Below, in pieces: positions 13,860-27,997 of a stretch of DNA of 64,000 nt. The translations under genes and the position numbers were made by a program. The notes beneath the pieces were generated by a model. The model ran no database searches. It saw nothing but the letters and a program-made list of their open reading frames with translations, and had not been told where the DNA came from. This DNA is from the human T2T-CHM13v2.0 reference genome, Homo sapiens, in assembly GCF_009914755.1 (NCBI RefSeq), contig NC_060942.1. One strand, 5' to 3'. How positions within the stretch are numbered: position 1 is the stretch's first letter; every line of letters starts with the position of its first letter.

Positions 13860-16800
13860 GTACTACATTCACACAGAAGCGGCTGCCAGCACCAGTGGGT
13901 GGAGACAGGGACTGGAGGAGGGGACAGTTTTAGTGGCCAAAACTCAGCAAACGCAAGCCCACACTTTTAAGATGAGCAGGATCTCATGGAACCTTCCCCG
14001 ACAATTTCCACCCCACTCATGCCAGAATCACCAAAAGCAATCTGTAGAGAATAATGAATGCTCTCTAAGGCGAAGTGAGATGTTTAGAACAGAAACAAAC
14101 TGAGTTTTTGAGAACACATGAACGGATTTTTATAGAAACCTTTGAACAGAAAAACAGTTGAGTTTTGGGGAGTTTTATTTGTTTATCTGCTTTGTTGGTT
14201 TTGTTTTCGTTTTTCACTACCACTGTGTGCTCTGGTCAATAAATGCCCTCCCAGATATGCGCCTGAACTTAGTTTGGGTCCTGGCTTTAACTCTCTTTTT
14301 AGGAGAGTAGAATCATTACTTTGCTGGCAGATTCTTCCTCAGTGCTGATCCTGCTTCCTGGGCCAGCCAACATCTGGAGTATGTGTTTCTCCAGCTCTTC
14401 AGCTGCTCGTTTGGAAAGCACCATTAAATAAAACTGGTTGAAATTTATATGACCGTGATATTAAAACCTTCCAGACAACAGATAGATCAGAATCATTGTT
14501 GCCAGCATGCTCATGATTGGATGGCTAAGTCCATTCATCTCAGCTCCAATGGTGCATGGGGACAGAGTCCAAGACCTCTGGGGTCCCTGGTGCTGTGTAA
14601 CCCTTGGGGGCAGTTGCTCCCCACTGACTTGAATGGGTGAGTTAGAGACGCCATCCAGAGCTGAGGTCCTGCTGCAGAAGACTCTCTTGTTTGATCTCCT
14701 AATTTATAGAAGACCATATGGGCCCCACTAATACTCTCTAATCCATACAAAATGAAAATTGCTAAAAAGTCTTTTAGTTAGACTCATTAAGGCCCAGCAT
14801 GACTGTAAGTCGCGAGTAAAGTACCCTGTACAGCCTGTATAATAACCCACAACAATTACAGTTTTTACAGGCTCATTATCTTGAAGTTTATGCCTAGTTT
14901 TAAAGCCTTATAAGGACAGGGAACATGATTTTATAACAGTTGCAGTGGTTTCAGAATAGCAAAATTGAGCTTTCCAAATGATTTTTACATCGTCAGTATA
15001 TGTTCATATTTTAAGTACAATGCTTTTAGTTTAAATTTACCAAGTTATTTGTTAAATCGAATACTCTGAATTTCTCTCTCTCACCCTTTTTTTCGCTGAC
15101 ACTTAAGAATTATTGTGCTTTATTTAACCATTGCTATTGTTTTCTTTTGAGGCTTTTACTTACAGAATACAGAGCTTACTCATGCCATTTTAGTGTAATT
15201 ATCTACCATTGGTTTACATTTATGTTTTTGTTCATGATCTCTTTAACCGTAACATAAATGTAGAAAGCCTTTAATTTCTCAATGAAATCAATGACAAAGC
15301 CAAAGGAATGGGTCAAGGAGTAGTGTTCCCACCTCTGATGCTAGCTGGCACGGCACAAAGTCAGACAATTACCCCAGCATGGTTAGGTAGTGAGAGGATA
15401 CAGTTAATAAAAGACTTGGATTAATGAGATTTCCAAAGAACATTACGGAGCCACCTTCCCCAGCACACTCTTGACCTAAGAGAACGTAAACAGCAAAGCC
15501 CGCAATTGCTGGCAGTTTTGCTGGGGAGTTTTCAGGGGGAGCCAAGAGGATTCTTAGCTTATCTGAATATCTGAGAATTGGAATTTAGGGCAGGAAAGAA
15601 AGCTCTAGGGCCTGTGTGGGAACCGCAGGCTGTAGGCTGAGGCCACGGCGGGTCGTATGCCCAGGTGAGAGCTGGTTTTCTTGTGCAAAGGGCAGATGAA
15701 AGGGCCGGCAGGAGGGGCTGGCCCTCCCACTTGAGGTTTATTAGCAAGGAGGGATTGTCCTTAGACAGATGAAAGTGAGAGCCTGGGAGGAAGCCAGGAA
15801 GAAAATACGATTTCTGAGGTGACAGAAGGAAATTGTAGTCGAGAGCTGATGAATGAGAGGACATGACCCAGCCTTTCGAGAGAGGAATGCAGAAGCTCTG
15901 CCCCACAGCATTTGGGCAGCAGGAGCAGAATCTCCTGCTGGAGGCAGCCGGGGCGTTGGGTGAGCCCAGTCCCTGAAATGACAGGTAGGAGGGGTTCTGG
16001 TCATGGTCTCAGAGGGAGGGACCCCTGTGCTGGCTTAGGGGTCTCCGATCCCCCCACCTCAGAAATGGGAGGTGAGTGTGTGGCACCTGCACGTTCCCCA
16101 AGGCCCCTGCAGGCTCCCTCCCTGCTTGCGCAGCCTCAGTCACATCTGTGCATTGGGCTGTGCCCAGCTCCTGAGTCTCCTTGGGACCCCTGATGAGCAC
16201 AGCCCAGGCTCTCAGTCTGCAGGCCAGATCCACGGCTGATTTGCTCTTCTGACCCTGAAAACGCTGGCATGGAGGCTCCCGCGTCCCCAGACCTGCTGAC
16301 CGTGTGATAGAGGCCCCAGTATTGAGGAGGATTTGGACTTCTCATCTCAGCAAGGACCAGAGTGCAGCTCAAGAAATGAACAGGGAGCCTCTGTTGTGAT
16401 ACTCACGTCTGACCTAACCAAGAGTTTCAAGCACATTTTGAGACAGAAAGGGGAAAACATGCTTTTAAAACTGAGAACCAGATATAATAAAAGACAATAC
16501 TTGTGGCATTGAAAAAACAAAACAAAAAACTTAAATATACCTCGTGATCAATATCAGAGTAGCTGCTTAGAAATAAACCTTGGGGCCTGAGACAGCTCCA
16601 TGTTCACCCGTGAGGAATCACTTCACCCTGTGACACTGGACCACAAATCCCAGCCGGCATGCAAAGTGGAAGTGAACGCCTTCCGCGGAAGTACGTGGTT
16701 GCGATGGAGGATGGAGTTTGCCTTCTGTAAAAACTCTCTTCATCTCTCTGGCGTCTGAATTCCGTGAGTCTGGCATTGGGACCTTCTAGAGGGCTTGGTG

Positions 16801-17293
16801 TGCAGATACAGTGCGGAGGAGCCAAGCTGAGGGTGCTTTGGGGTCATGCTACAAATCGTTGGGCCAGGTGGAGGCTAAGGAGGACAGTGCCCAACAGATC
16901 GCAGACCAGCCAGATGGAGCGGAGGGAATGTCAGTACCACTGCTAGAACCAGAGCGTGGCAGGAGCTCTTGGCTGGCCCTGCTGGGTGTTTCGTCTCCTA
17001 GCAGGTAGGGAAAGCCATGAGGGATGCTGCTCTCAGCAACAATTCTGCCTTAACAGAGAAGGCAGACCAGTCCTCAGGACCTGGAGGGAGGTCATGTTGT
17101 GGACTTCATAGCTGGAAAAGAACACTGGATTTTAGGAACACGGTCGCAGAAAGTTTAGACTAAGAAGTAGATTCTTCTGGGTTGGAGCATATTTCCAGAA
17201 GAGATGATAAAGTTACAAGGATGATAAGATGGTAATAGATGCCTTGATTGTTTGCTGGGTGCCAGGCTCTAAGTTTTTAACATGCATTGTTTT

Positions 17294-17682
<389 letters not shown>

Positions 17683-17764
17683 TCAGGACTAGATCTCGAG
17701 GAATGGAAAGAATTTAGAAATACAAATAATCCTTGAAACAGCCTGAGTAGGGCATTACTGTCTA

Positions 17765-18254
17765 GTGGCAGGCAGAGTAATGGCCCTCAGAGATATCCAC
17801 ATCCCATCCCCAGGACCTGTTACTGTGTTAGGTTACATGGCAAAGGGGAACTGAGGCGCAAATAAGCTGACCTTTAAATGGGAGTTTATCCTGGATTATT
17901 TAGGTGGCCCCAGTGTAGTTACAGAGCCCTTAAAAGCGGAAGAAGGAGGCAGGATCGTCAGTGTCAAGAGTGATGCAATAGGAGAAAGACTCCTCTGGCT
18001 TTGCTGGCTTTGAAGGTAGAGGATGGAGCCATAAACCAAGAAATGCAGGCAGCTGCTAAGAATCTGGAAAAGGCAAGAAAACCAATTCTCCCTACAGCCT
18101 CCCATGGGAACCAGCTCTGCTAACACCTCGGTTTTAGCTCCATGAGTCCCATTTCCAAGTTCTGACCTCCAGAATTGTAAGATAATACATTTGTGTTGTT
18201 TTAAGTCACTAACTTTGTGGCAGTTAGTTCTGCAACCGTAGGAAACTAAAACAT
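17765..18254 (+). mobile_element. MaLR LTR (MLT1D-like)
   Basis: gtggcaggcagagtaatggccc...gttacatggcaaagggga...ctgacctccagaattgtaagataatacatttgtgttgttttaag...ggaaactaaaaca. Confidence 0.85.
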
Positions 18255-18529
18255 TCATGATCCCGAGAGTGGGAAGTAGAATTCACATCCAGGCATCAGA
18301 TTGCAAAGTTCATTGTCTCCATTGACGAGAATGTGGGAGATGAAAATCCATATGCAGTAAGATAGTGTGTCATGGTGGACTTAAAGAAAATTCCCTCTTG
18401 CATTCTGATTTTTTAAAAATCATTAGCTTAAGGCCAAGGATTAATTTTTAAAATGGCTTAAGCAAACTTACAAGAATGGGGTGAGGGAGACTAAAGTCTA
18501 GATGAACTCGATTGTTAAAAAGAAAATAA

Positions 18530-19195
18530 AGTTGGAACTGTCATACATTGCTGGTGGAATATAAAATGGTGCAGACACCGTGGGAAAGTTGGGTGGTTCT
18601 TCAAAAAGTTAAACATAAAATTACGATACAATTAATTGCTAGTTGTAATTAATTACCTAGCAATTAATTGCTAGTTGTATACCCAGAAGAATTGAAATAG
18701 GTATTCAGACAGATATTTATACACCAATGCAGTGTTATTCATAATAGCTAATAGGTGGAAACAACCCCAGTGTCTCAGCAGATGCATGGATAGACCATGT
18801 GCTGTATCCATACAATGGAGTAGTATTTGGCCATGAAAAGGAATCAGTACTGATACATGCTACAATGTGGATGAATCTTGAAAATAAGCTGAGTGAAATG
18901 AGCCAGTCACAAAAGGTCAAATGTCATATGACTCCATTTAATTGAAATATCCAGAATAGTCCATAGAGACAGAAGGTGGTAGGTAAGAGGTAACCAGGGG
19001 TTAGGGCAAGAGGGAATTATTGCTTAATGAGTACAGAGTTTCTATTAGGGGTGATGGAAAAGTTTTAGGAATACACAGTGATGATGGTTGCCCAACATTG
19101 TGCATGTACTTAATGACACTGAATAGCACACTGATTAGATGGCATTTTATGTTTTATATATGTGTATATATTTTTTCCCACAATAAAATAAAACA
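18530..19195 (+). mobile_element. L1 (L1MB-like) 3' fragment
   Basis: tacattgctggtggaatataaaatggtgcag...ggaaacaacccc...gtgatggaaaagttttag...ggttgcccaacattgtg...cacaataaaa, typical of the old L1 3' end. Confidence 0.85.
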
Positions 19196-19585
19196 CCAGT
19201 AATAGCCATAGGCTATTACTATTAAGACAATGGTCAGAAGCAGAAGGGAAAGGATGGCGAATTTCCTGGGATGATGGTACGGGTTCAGCAGATGTCAGCT
19301 GCTGGCCTGCTTTTAACTTCCTCACCAAGTAGAACTGGAAGTGCAGACTCTAAACAAAGCCACGTACCAGGCACACAGTAGGCACTCAGCAAGTGTTTGT
19401 TGAATAAACAGAGAGGCCTTTTAAGTGAATTGTAGTCATCAGGGCTAGATCCTGGAGAATAGAAAGAATTTGGAAATACAGATGATCTTTAAAGTGCCAT
19501 GGAGAATGAATGAAGTTTTAAGTCTGATACCAAGCAAAGATTGCCTTACAGTGGAAAAAAGTGTGAGGGTAATGGGAGAGGGTAG

Positions 19586-19880
<295 letters not shown>

Positions 19881-19899
19881 AGGAGAGGGTAGATTTTAA

Positions 19900-20770
19900 T
19901 AATCATAGACTGGCAAGCCTAGAGCTGATGCTTAGCAGTTTGAGAACAGACGGTTTGTGTGGAGGTTGCTAGCAGTCAACGTGAGTTCACTAAGAAAATG
20001 TCATGTCCCATCAACTTCGACTCCTCATTGATGGAATAACTTAGTTAAGTGAGGAAGTGCCATGGACATTGCATATCTAGATTGCGGCAAAATGTCAGTT
20101 TATTCCTCACTATCGCATGTCCCTGTGGATAGAGCAGTGAGAAGGGCCGGGTGATTGTGAAGCTGGAGTTTCTGCAGGTGGCTGAAATTTGTCAGCTGAC
20201 CATCATCAGCCTGAGGGCGAGTTTGAATAGAATAGCATGTGGTATTCCCGCCAGCGTTATCTCCTGCAGCCAGTTATCTCCTGCAGCATAGATGAGTGAT
20301 TTGAGTGATTGGCGTAAAGGCCCAGAAGCCTCGTAGTCAGCCATGTGGAAAGCTAAAAGCAGGGAGAGCAGAAGCAGGAAGGAGCATTACAGATGAGAAC
20401 CAAGATGCAGATACTTCATTCACTGGAAATGCTAGAGCCAGTCCACTGAGATTAAACTGAGCAAGGAGAAATGTAATTCAGGTGGACTGCTGATTATAGC
20501 GCAGGATACAGATTTTTTAGTACACATGAAAAATACCTTGGCATTTAGGACAGTGTGTTCCACCCCAGGCTCACAATGCAATGCCAATACAGAGGGAGCT
20601 AATTTAGTTTGTCCTGATGGAAGGCTAGTATCACGGAAGGCTGGTGTCGCCTTTGCACCCAACCAGGGCGGGTCCCATCTGTGGTGTTGCCATCAGCATG
20701 CATGTCGTGTCATAGAAAGCTAGATGTGTATTAGGATGGTCCCCCAGCAGTGGACTTTGTGGAAGGAGTT
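19900..20770 (+). mobile_element. L3/CR1 LINE fragment (degenerate)
   Basis: gttcactaagaaaatgtcatgtc...gacattgcatatctagatt...aattcaggtggac...tcacaatgcaatg resemble the CR1/L3 RT 3' region. Confidence 0.55.
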
Positions 20771-21059
20771 GTGATGAACCTTGAAAATAAGCTGAGTGAA
20801 ATGAGCCAATCACGAAAGGTCAAATGTCATATGACTCCATTTATATGAAATAACCAGAATAGTCCATACAGACAGAAAGTAGATAAGAGGTTACCAGGGT
20901 TTAGGGCAAGAGGAATTATTGCTTAATGACTCTCCAGATACAAGGTGCCCAATAATAAGGCAGTTCCTTAACTACATGCACTGTAGGAACATGTGTCCTC
21001 GGTCCACCCCACACATGTTTGCTGGCACCTACTCTGTGACTATTGGGATGTATCCATGA

Positions 21060-21520
21060 ATAAAACAGGTTACATCCCAATAGGGAGGGAAATGATACAT
21101 GTGCACAGGTGAAAGATGAGATAATGTGCCATGGAGAGAGACTGAGGCAGCCAGGGTTGGGGAAGGACACTCTGGGGCAATGGGGAGACCTGACAGTGGA
21201 GGTGTGAGGGAGGTGAGGGAGGTGAGGGAGCCAGCCCTGGGGCTATCCCAGTGGGGAAGCGCATGCGCCCTGATGGAACAGCAGTCATGGAGACGCTGAG
21301 GCGGAAGGGCCGGGGTGTGTTTGAGGAACTTTAGGAAAGCCCGCATGGTGGAGGTGATTGAGAGGAAGGAAGGAAGGAAGGAAGGCGAGATGAGCTCTGA
21401 TAAGTTGGTGGTGACTGCGGAGGTCCGTCTGGTTGTGAGCAAGGTGGGAACCACGCAGTGTGCTGAGCAGAGGTACGAGTGATCTGACTCGCCTTGGAAC
21501 ACAGTCACTCTGGGTGACCA
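21060..21520 (+). mobile_element. L2 fragment
   Basis: ggggtgtgtttgaggaac...gagatgag...tgagcagagg...gtgatctgactcgcctt are typical L2 3' motifs. Confidence 0.6.
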
Positions 21521-22022
21521 AAAGTCAGGGGTGGGCATTGCGGGTCATTTTGGTAAACTTATCTTCCCTGTAGAAAATGAGAGGGTGGGTGGGTATTATC
21601 TTCTAAAAGAGTTCATTTGGATATGAAGTTCAAAAGCAACTCAAGATCTTTTTGAAAAGCTGGTCACAAATGTCCAAGCAAGCCTTTTGTCAAAGAAGAG
21701 AGGTGGCTGGCGGCCCAGTGCCACAGCATCTGGAACGGGCCTTTGAACCTCCTGCTGAGGAGGGCAGTTGGCAAGTGGAACCTGCTGCTTATTGTAAGAG
21801 GAGAGCCAGTCACCATGGGCTCTAACCTGCATCTTCACTGAGAACCCTACTTGTGTGCCACAGTGGAGGCTAAACAGAAGTGAAGATAAATCTCAGTTCC
21901 CAGCCATTAGATACACCCTTGAAGAAGACAGACATTTACACAGCCTCGCTCATTGCTGGCCAGGAAGGACTGACGCATCAGAAGGACAGCAGAGATTCTG
22001 AGTATAAAGACTGGAGACACTC

Positions 22023-22350
<328 letters not shown>

Positions 22351-23860
22351 TTATGTCTAGTGACCCTCACGGTCCTGTTAAGAAAGGACCTTTCGTCTTG
22401 GTGCTCCCAGTTCTTGAGACTCATGAACCTCTGTCTTGAAGAGCGACAGAGCCCTCGTTTCATGTGGGTGTCTCCTCCCTCTGTCACGTGCCTGCATGGG
22501 CTTTACTGGGTGTCCTTTTGAAGTCATCTGGGTGTTGAATGTTGGCATGGCATGCAGGAGATGGCTTCATGTGCCCTGGAAGTGCCGCCTCCTGGGTCTG
22601 CTTCAAGAATCATTTCATTTTGAACAGGTAGAGAAATGTCCTCAGCAGTAAGTCGACTGAGCTATCTCCTCCCTTGGGAGGAATTTTCAAAGAGATGTAA
22701 AAGGATTTGAGATGGAAGTGGATAAAGAACTGAGCCAGAGTGTTTTCTCTTTAAAGTATGAACCAATAGGATATGTTAAAAAAAAAAAAAAGAAAGAAAC
22801 ACGTTAAAAGACTTCAGCACCCTTTATCTGCATTTTAAAGGAAGATGGTAAAAGTACAGTGACTGAAGTCAAGCTGGAGCCTTTCCTTGTTGCACCAAAA
22901 CATTTTGGAGGGAAAAAGGGGATGGGTCATAACTAAATTAAGACCTTGTTTGTGATCTCATCAGTTCCAAGCTGTCGGCCTAATTTAGTTTGAAAAACGA
23001 CTTGGAGGAAGTGGCATGTTTCAAAAAATAAAACGGCTCGTTACCAGCCCCGGACTGGCCTTTTTGAAAGAAGAAAAATGTCATTGCTTTTTCTCCCTAA
23101 AATGAACCCGTCCAGTTTGATAGAAGTCAAGCATCTTCTGTGGGGCACCTTGCAACACGGACCCTTTCCTGAGCTGGCTTTTTTTCCTCTCGGAGATTTT
23201 GTTTTTGTGAAAAGGCTAGCACCTGCCATCCCCTCAGTGGCAGAAGGCGGCAGGAAGCATCTTTATCCTTGTCATCATCGGTGTTTATGATCAGTTCTTA
23301 ACAAAACCCCAGTCTAGGAGGACAGGGAGTGGACAGCCTGAAGACGCCTCCAGGACTCCCCAGACCTCACTGGGGCTCCGGTTCCAGGCTCTTCCTTCAC
23401 TGAGATGGTCCCCAGAGCTGCTCACAAGTCTCACCATCGCATTTCCTTGGCTTTATTCACCTGGCACTAAGTGGCGGAAGCGGGGAGAGAAGCTGGCATG
23501 CAGGGCAGTCACTCGGCACTGAGAATACTGGTGTCCAGTTCCCGGCGGTGTGCTGGGTCAGCACCACACGCACCTGGTTTTATTATTCATGCCTCTTTAA
23601 ATAGCATGGAGGTGAGGCTGGCTGCTTCTGTAGTGTTGCATGAGGCTTTTGAGATAAATGATTTTCAATCAACAGAATCAATAGCAGCTGTGCTCAGTAC
23701 CTCGCGCTTGTGTACGGGTTTGCGACTGAAAAGCTCACAGCCTGTGGGTGCTTGTTGCTGCTTTTCCACCAGTTTGATTTGAAGAAATAAAAGCAGTCAC
23801 AGAGGAAAGGTAAAAGAGTTGGAAATTGTTTCAGATTGGACAGAACCTTCCCTTGGCGGT

Positions 23861-24290
23861 TGTATTCATCTGTTCTTATGCTGCTGATAAAGACCTACAT
23901 GAGACTGAGCAATTCGTCTCTTCTCACGCTGCTGATTCGTCTGTTCTCACACTGCTGATTAAGACATACCTGAGACTGAGTAAAAAAAGAAAAAGAGGCT
24001 TAATGGATTCACGGTTCCATACGGCTGGGGAGGCCTCACAATCATGGCGGAAGGCAAAAAGCACATCTTACATGGCAGCAGGCAAGAGAGAATGAAAGCC
24101 AAGCAACAGGGGTTTCCCCATATAAAACCAACAGATCTCCTGAGACTTATTCACTACCATGAGAACAGTATTTGCGAAACTGTCCCCATGATTCAGTTAT
24201 CTCCCATCGGGTCCCTCCCACAACATGTGGGAATTATGGGAGCTACAATTCAAGATGAGATTTGGGTGGGGACACAGCCAAACCCTATCG
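23861..24290 (-). mobile_element. THE1-family MaLR solo LTR
   Basis: tgtatt..tgttct..gctgctgataaagac...gggaggcctcacaatcatggcggaaggc...gagcttattcactaccatgagaac-type core...caattcaagatgagatttgggtggggacacagccaaacc; 5-bp TSD gcggt/gcagt. Confidence 0.9.
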
Positions 24291-24401
24291 GCAGTTCTGT
24301 TTTAATCTTCTGCTTAGCCTGGGAGCCCAGAGGAGACATCAGTCCTTGGTCTGCACCATTGGTCTGCAACACATTGAGAAGAAAACAGTAATTATAGCTA
24401 G

Positions 24402-25415
<1,014 letters not shown>

Positions 25416-26134
25416 TCTGACTTCGTGAGCTTTTCTGCCCATCTGATAGCGCCTGCCTGCCTTCCTCCCTGCCCACCGTCCTCCCGCCCCGTCCCAGACC
25501 CTCCTCGCTCCTCATCCCACTCCACTCCTGTGAGTGCTCCTCCACACCATGGCTGCAATCCCCACCTTAAGCTGGGGACTCCCAAACCCCGACTTCCCCA
25601 CAGGGCTCAGGAGGCCTTTCTCCAGCCAGCCTCACATGTGGACTCATGCTTCTCCCCCATGCCACCCTCAGCTACGCTGAATTATTCACAGTAATCGCTT
25701 GGTTGGGGAAAAGGTTAGTAAATGCCAAAGGAAATACCCACAGAAATCTCCTACACAGCTTAGATGTTGTGCTGGCATTTAAGGCCCATGAGTGATGGTC
25801 CATTCTGCAGCTTTTCATGCCATGCCTTTCCTTTGTGTGGGGGTCCACAGATCAGAGTCTGTCTGTGGCATCGACTTCCTTATGTCCTCATTGTTCCCAC
25901 CCATTGCTGGGATGTCCACGTTGGACTTCTCAAAAGTGGCCCAAGAATCTAAGTGCAAAATCTGTTTGGATTTTTACAATTTTTTCCTAATCTTTTACAG
26001 TCTTGGTCATTCCTATTTCAACTGCAATTTTTTTCAATGACTTGCCTTGTGTGAATATTTTTTAAAGCATCCAGTATTAAACAAAAAATTTAAACAGCAT
26101 TTCTGTTCATTTTCACATTCTTTAGTTTGTGCAC

Positions 26135-26427
26135 CTTTTTTTTTTTTTTTGCGACGGGGTCTTGCTCTGTCACCCAGGAATACAGTGGCACAATCATAGC
26201 CCACTGCAGCCTTGAACTCCTGGGCTCAAGCAATCCTTCCACCTCAGCCTCTTGAGTAGCTGGGACTACAGGCGTGTGCTACCACACCCAGCTGATTTTT
26301 TTTCTTCTTAGTAGAGACAAGGTCTCATTATGTTGCCCAGGCTGGTCTCAAACTCTTGAGTTCATGTCATCTCCCACCTTGGCTTCCCAAAGTTCTGGGA
26401 TTACAGATGTGAGCCACGGTGCCCAGC
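26135..26427 (-). mobile_element. Alu (AluJ-like)
   Basis: Antisense Alu (cactgcagccttgaactcctgggctcaagc). Confidence 0.92.
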
Positions 26428-27997
26428 AGTGCACAGTCTTTAATAAACAAGTACAAATATAAATGATAATACAACTGACATAAACAGGATTAGGTCATAT
26501 ATAAGGGACCCTTAGTAAGTGCACAGCTCAGTGGGGGTTGGTGGCGAACAGCCTGCCAGCCCGAGTTTTGCGTGAGTCAGGGGTGTTGGTCAAAGCGTTG
26601 TACAGAGGGGAGTGGAAACGCTGGTGAGTCAGGCACGTGGAGGTCCGTGAACATTTATTATTCACTCAGTTCCTTGAATAGGCTGAATGCTCTTTGTCCC
26701 AACCTTGACTCATGCCAGTTTTCCCGCCAGCATATCTTCTCACTGTAGACTGGTTGCCACTTATCCCTGAGGTCTCAGTTATCACTTGCTCCAGGAAGCC
26801 CACCTTGCCTCCTTTAGGCTGGGTTATTCTTCCTGTGTGTTCAGTAGCGCCCCCTAGTTCCCATCAGAGAACTTACACCTCTGCATGGAGGTATCTCCCA
26901 ACCACCCCTAAGCTTTGCAAGGAGGGAGCTCTTAGCTGGGCCATTCATCATCAGATCCCCAGCACCTAGTACAATGTCTGGCATGGATTAAGTGCTCAGA
27001 AAATATTTGTGTGAGGGAGGGAGGGAGGAGAGGAAGATTATGTAACTTGTTTATCAGAAATTTGCCACTCCCTAGGTTGTAGGATAAGGTGTGCCTCCTT
27101 AGCAGGTGGGGAGGCCTGCCTGCAGTATGTCCTGTGGTAGCAGTGATCTTAGTGGTCATGGAAGTGTGGTGGTGGAGGTGGCAGTCATAGTCATGAAGAG
27201 AAGACTAATGCCTCCACCAGTAACAGTACCACCATGTGGTATTTGTGGGCTACTTAGCACAGATTCTCAGATGCATCAGACCATTTAACTCATGCCCCCC
27301 AGTTCCCTGGCTCCAGATGCCCTGTGCAGCTCCACACTTTACAGGGTTAAGCCGTGCTTCCCTTCCTCCTGTTCCCACCTGTTACAATCCCATGCCTCCT
27401 CCTCCTAGGCCAGCCCCAGCACTTTCAGGCTCCTTGTTCTAGTGCCTTCTTGTCCACGGGACCCCTTCTCTTCCCAGCTCCGGCCCTGGATTAGCATCTC
27501 CTTCCAACTCCAGGCAGAAAGGAACAGATCGCTCTGTGAAGAATGTTCTTGGAGCCCCTACCAATTCTCCACTTTGCCCTTGTACTCAGATGAGGCACAT
27601 CCAACAGTGAGGGGAGTTGTTCCTAAGGAGGAAAAGCGTCCCCCCAATAGCTCATGAGCATTTAAATAGAGTAAACAAGAACATTTTGTTGGTGGTGGTG
27701 GTGTTTTCGTTCAGCTCTCATTATGCCATTGCCAGCTCTTCAGAAGAGACGGAAAGGGGTCAAGTCCCCTTCTTCCAGCTTTTAATAAAGCATTGTGAGA
27801 GGAGGAAGGAACGGCTGTGGGAAAAGGGGTCAGAGTGGAGCTGGGAAGAGAATGAGTTTTCCAAATTTCATAATATTCATTTGTCTCCGGACATTGGCCT
27901 TCATGCCTTCACCGTCTCTGTGCACAGCACTCATAGTGTGGTGTGCAGAGGACCTGCTGAGCTGGGGTGCATGGCCCAGAGCCATGCCAGGGAGAGC

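Noticed and set aside
17044-17066. 8-bp stem hairpin TCTGCCTT-N7-AAGGCAGA
   Set aside because: Too short for a pre-miRNA or structured RNA; expected by chance in 64 kb.
20255-20288. Short tandem duplication gttatctcctgcagc x2 (similar case atctgatctttttt x2 at about 59161-59190)
   Set aside because: Ordinary replication-slippage microduplications with no functional indication.
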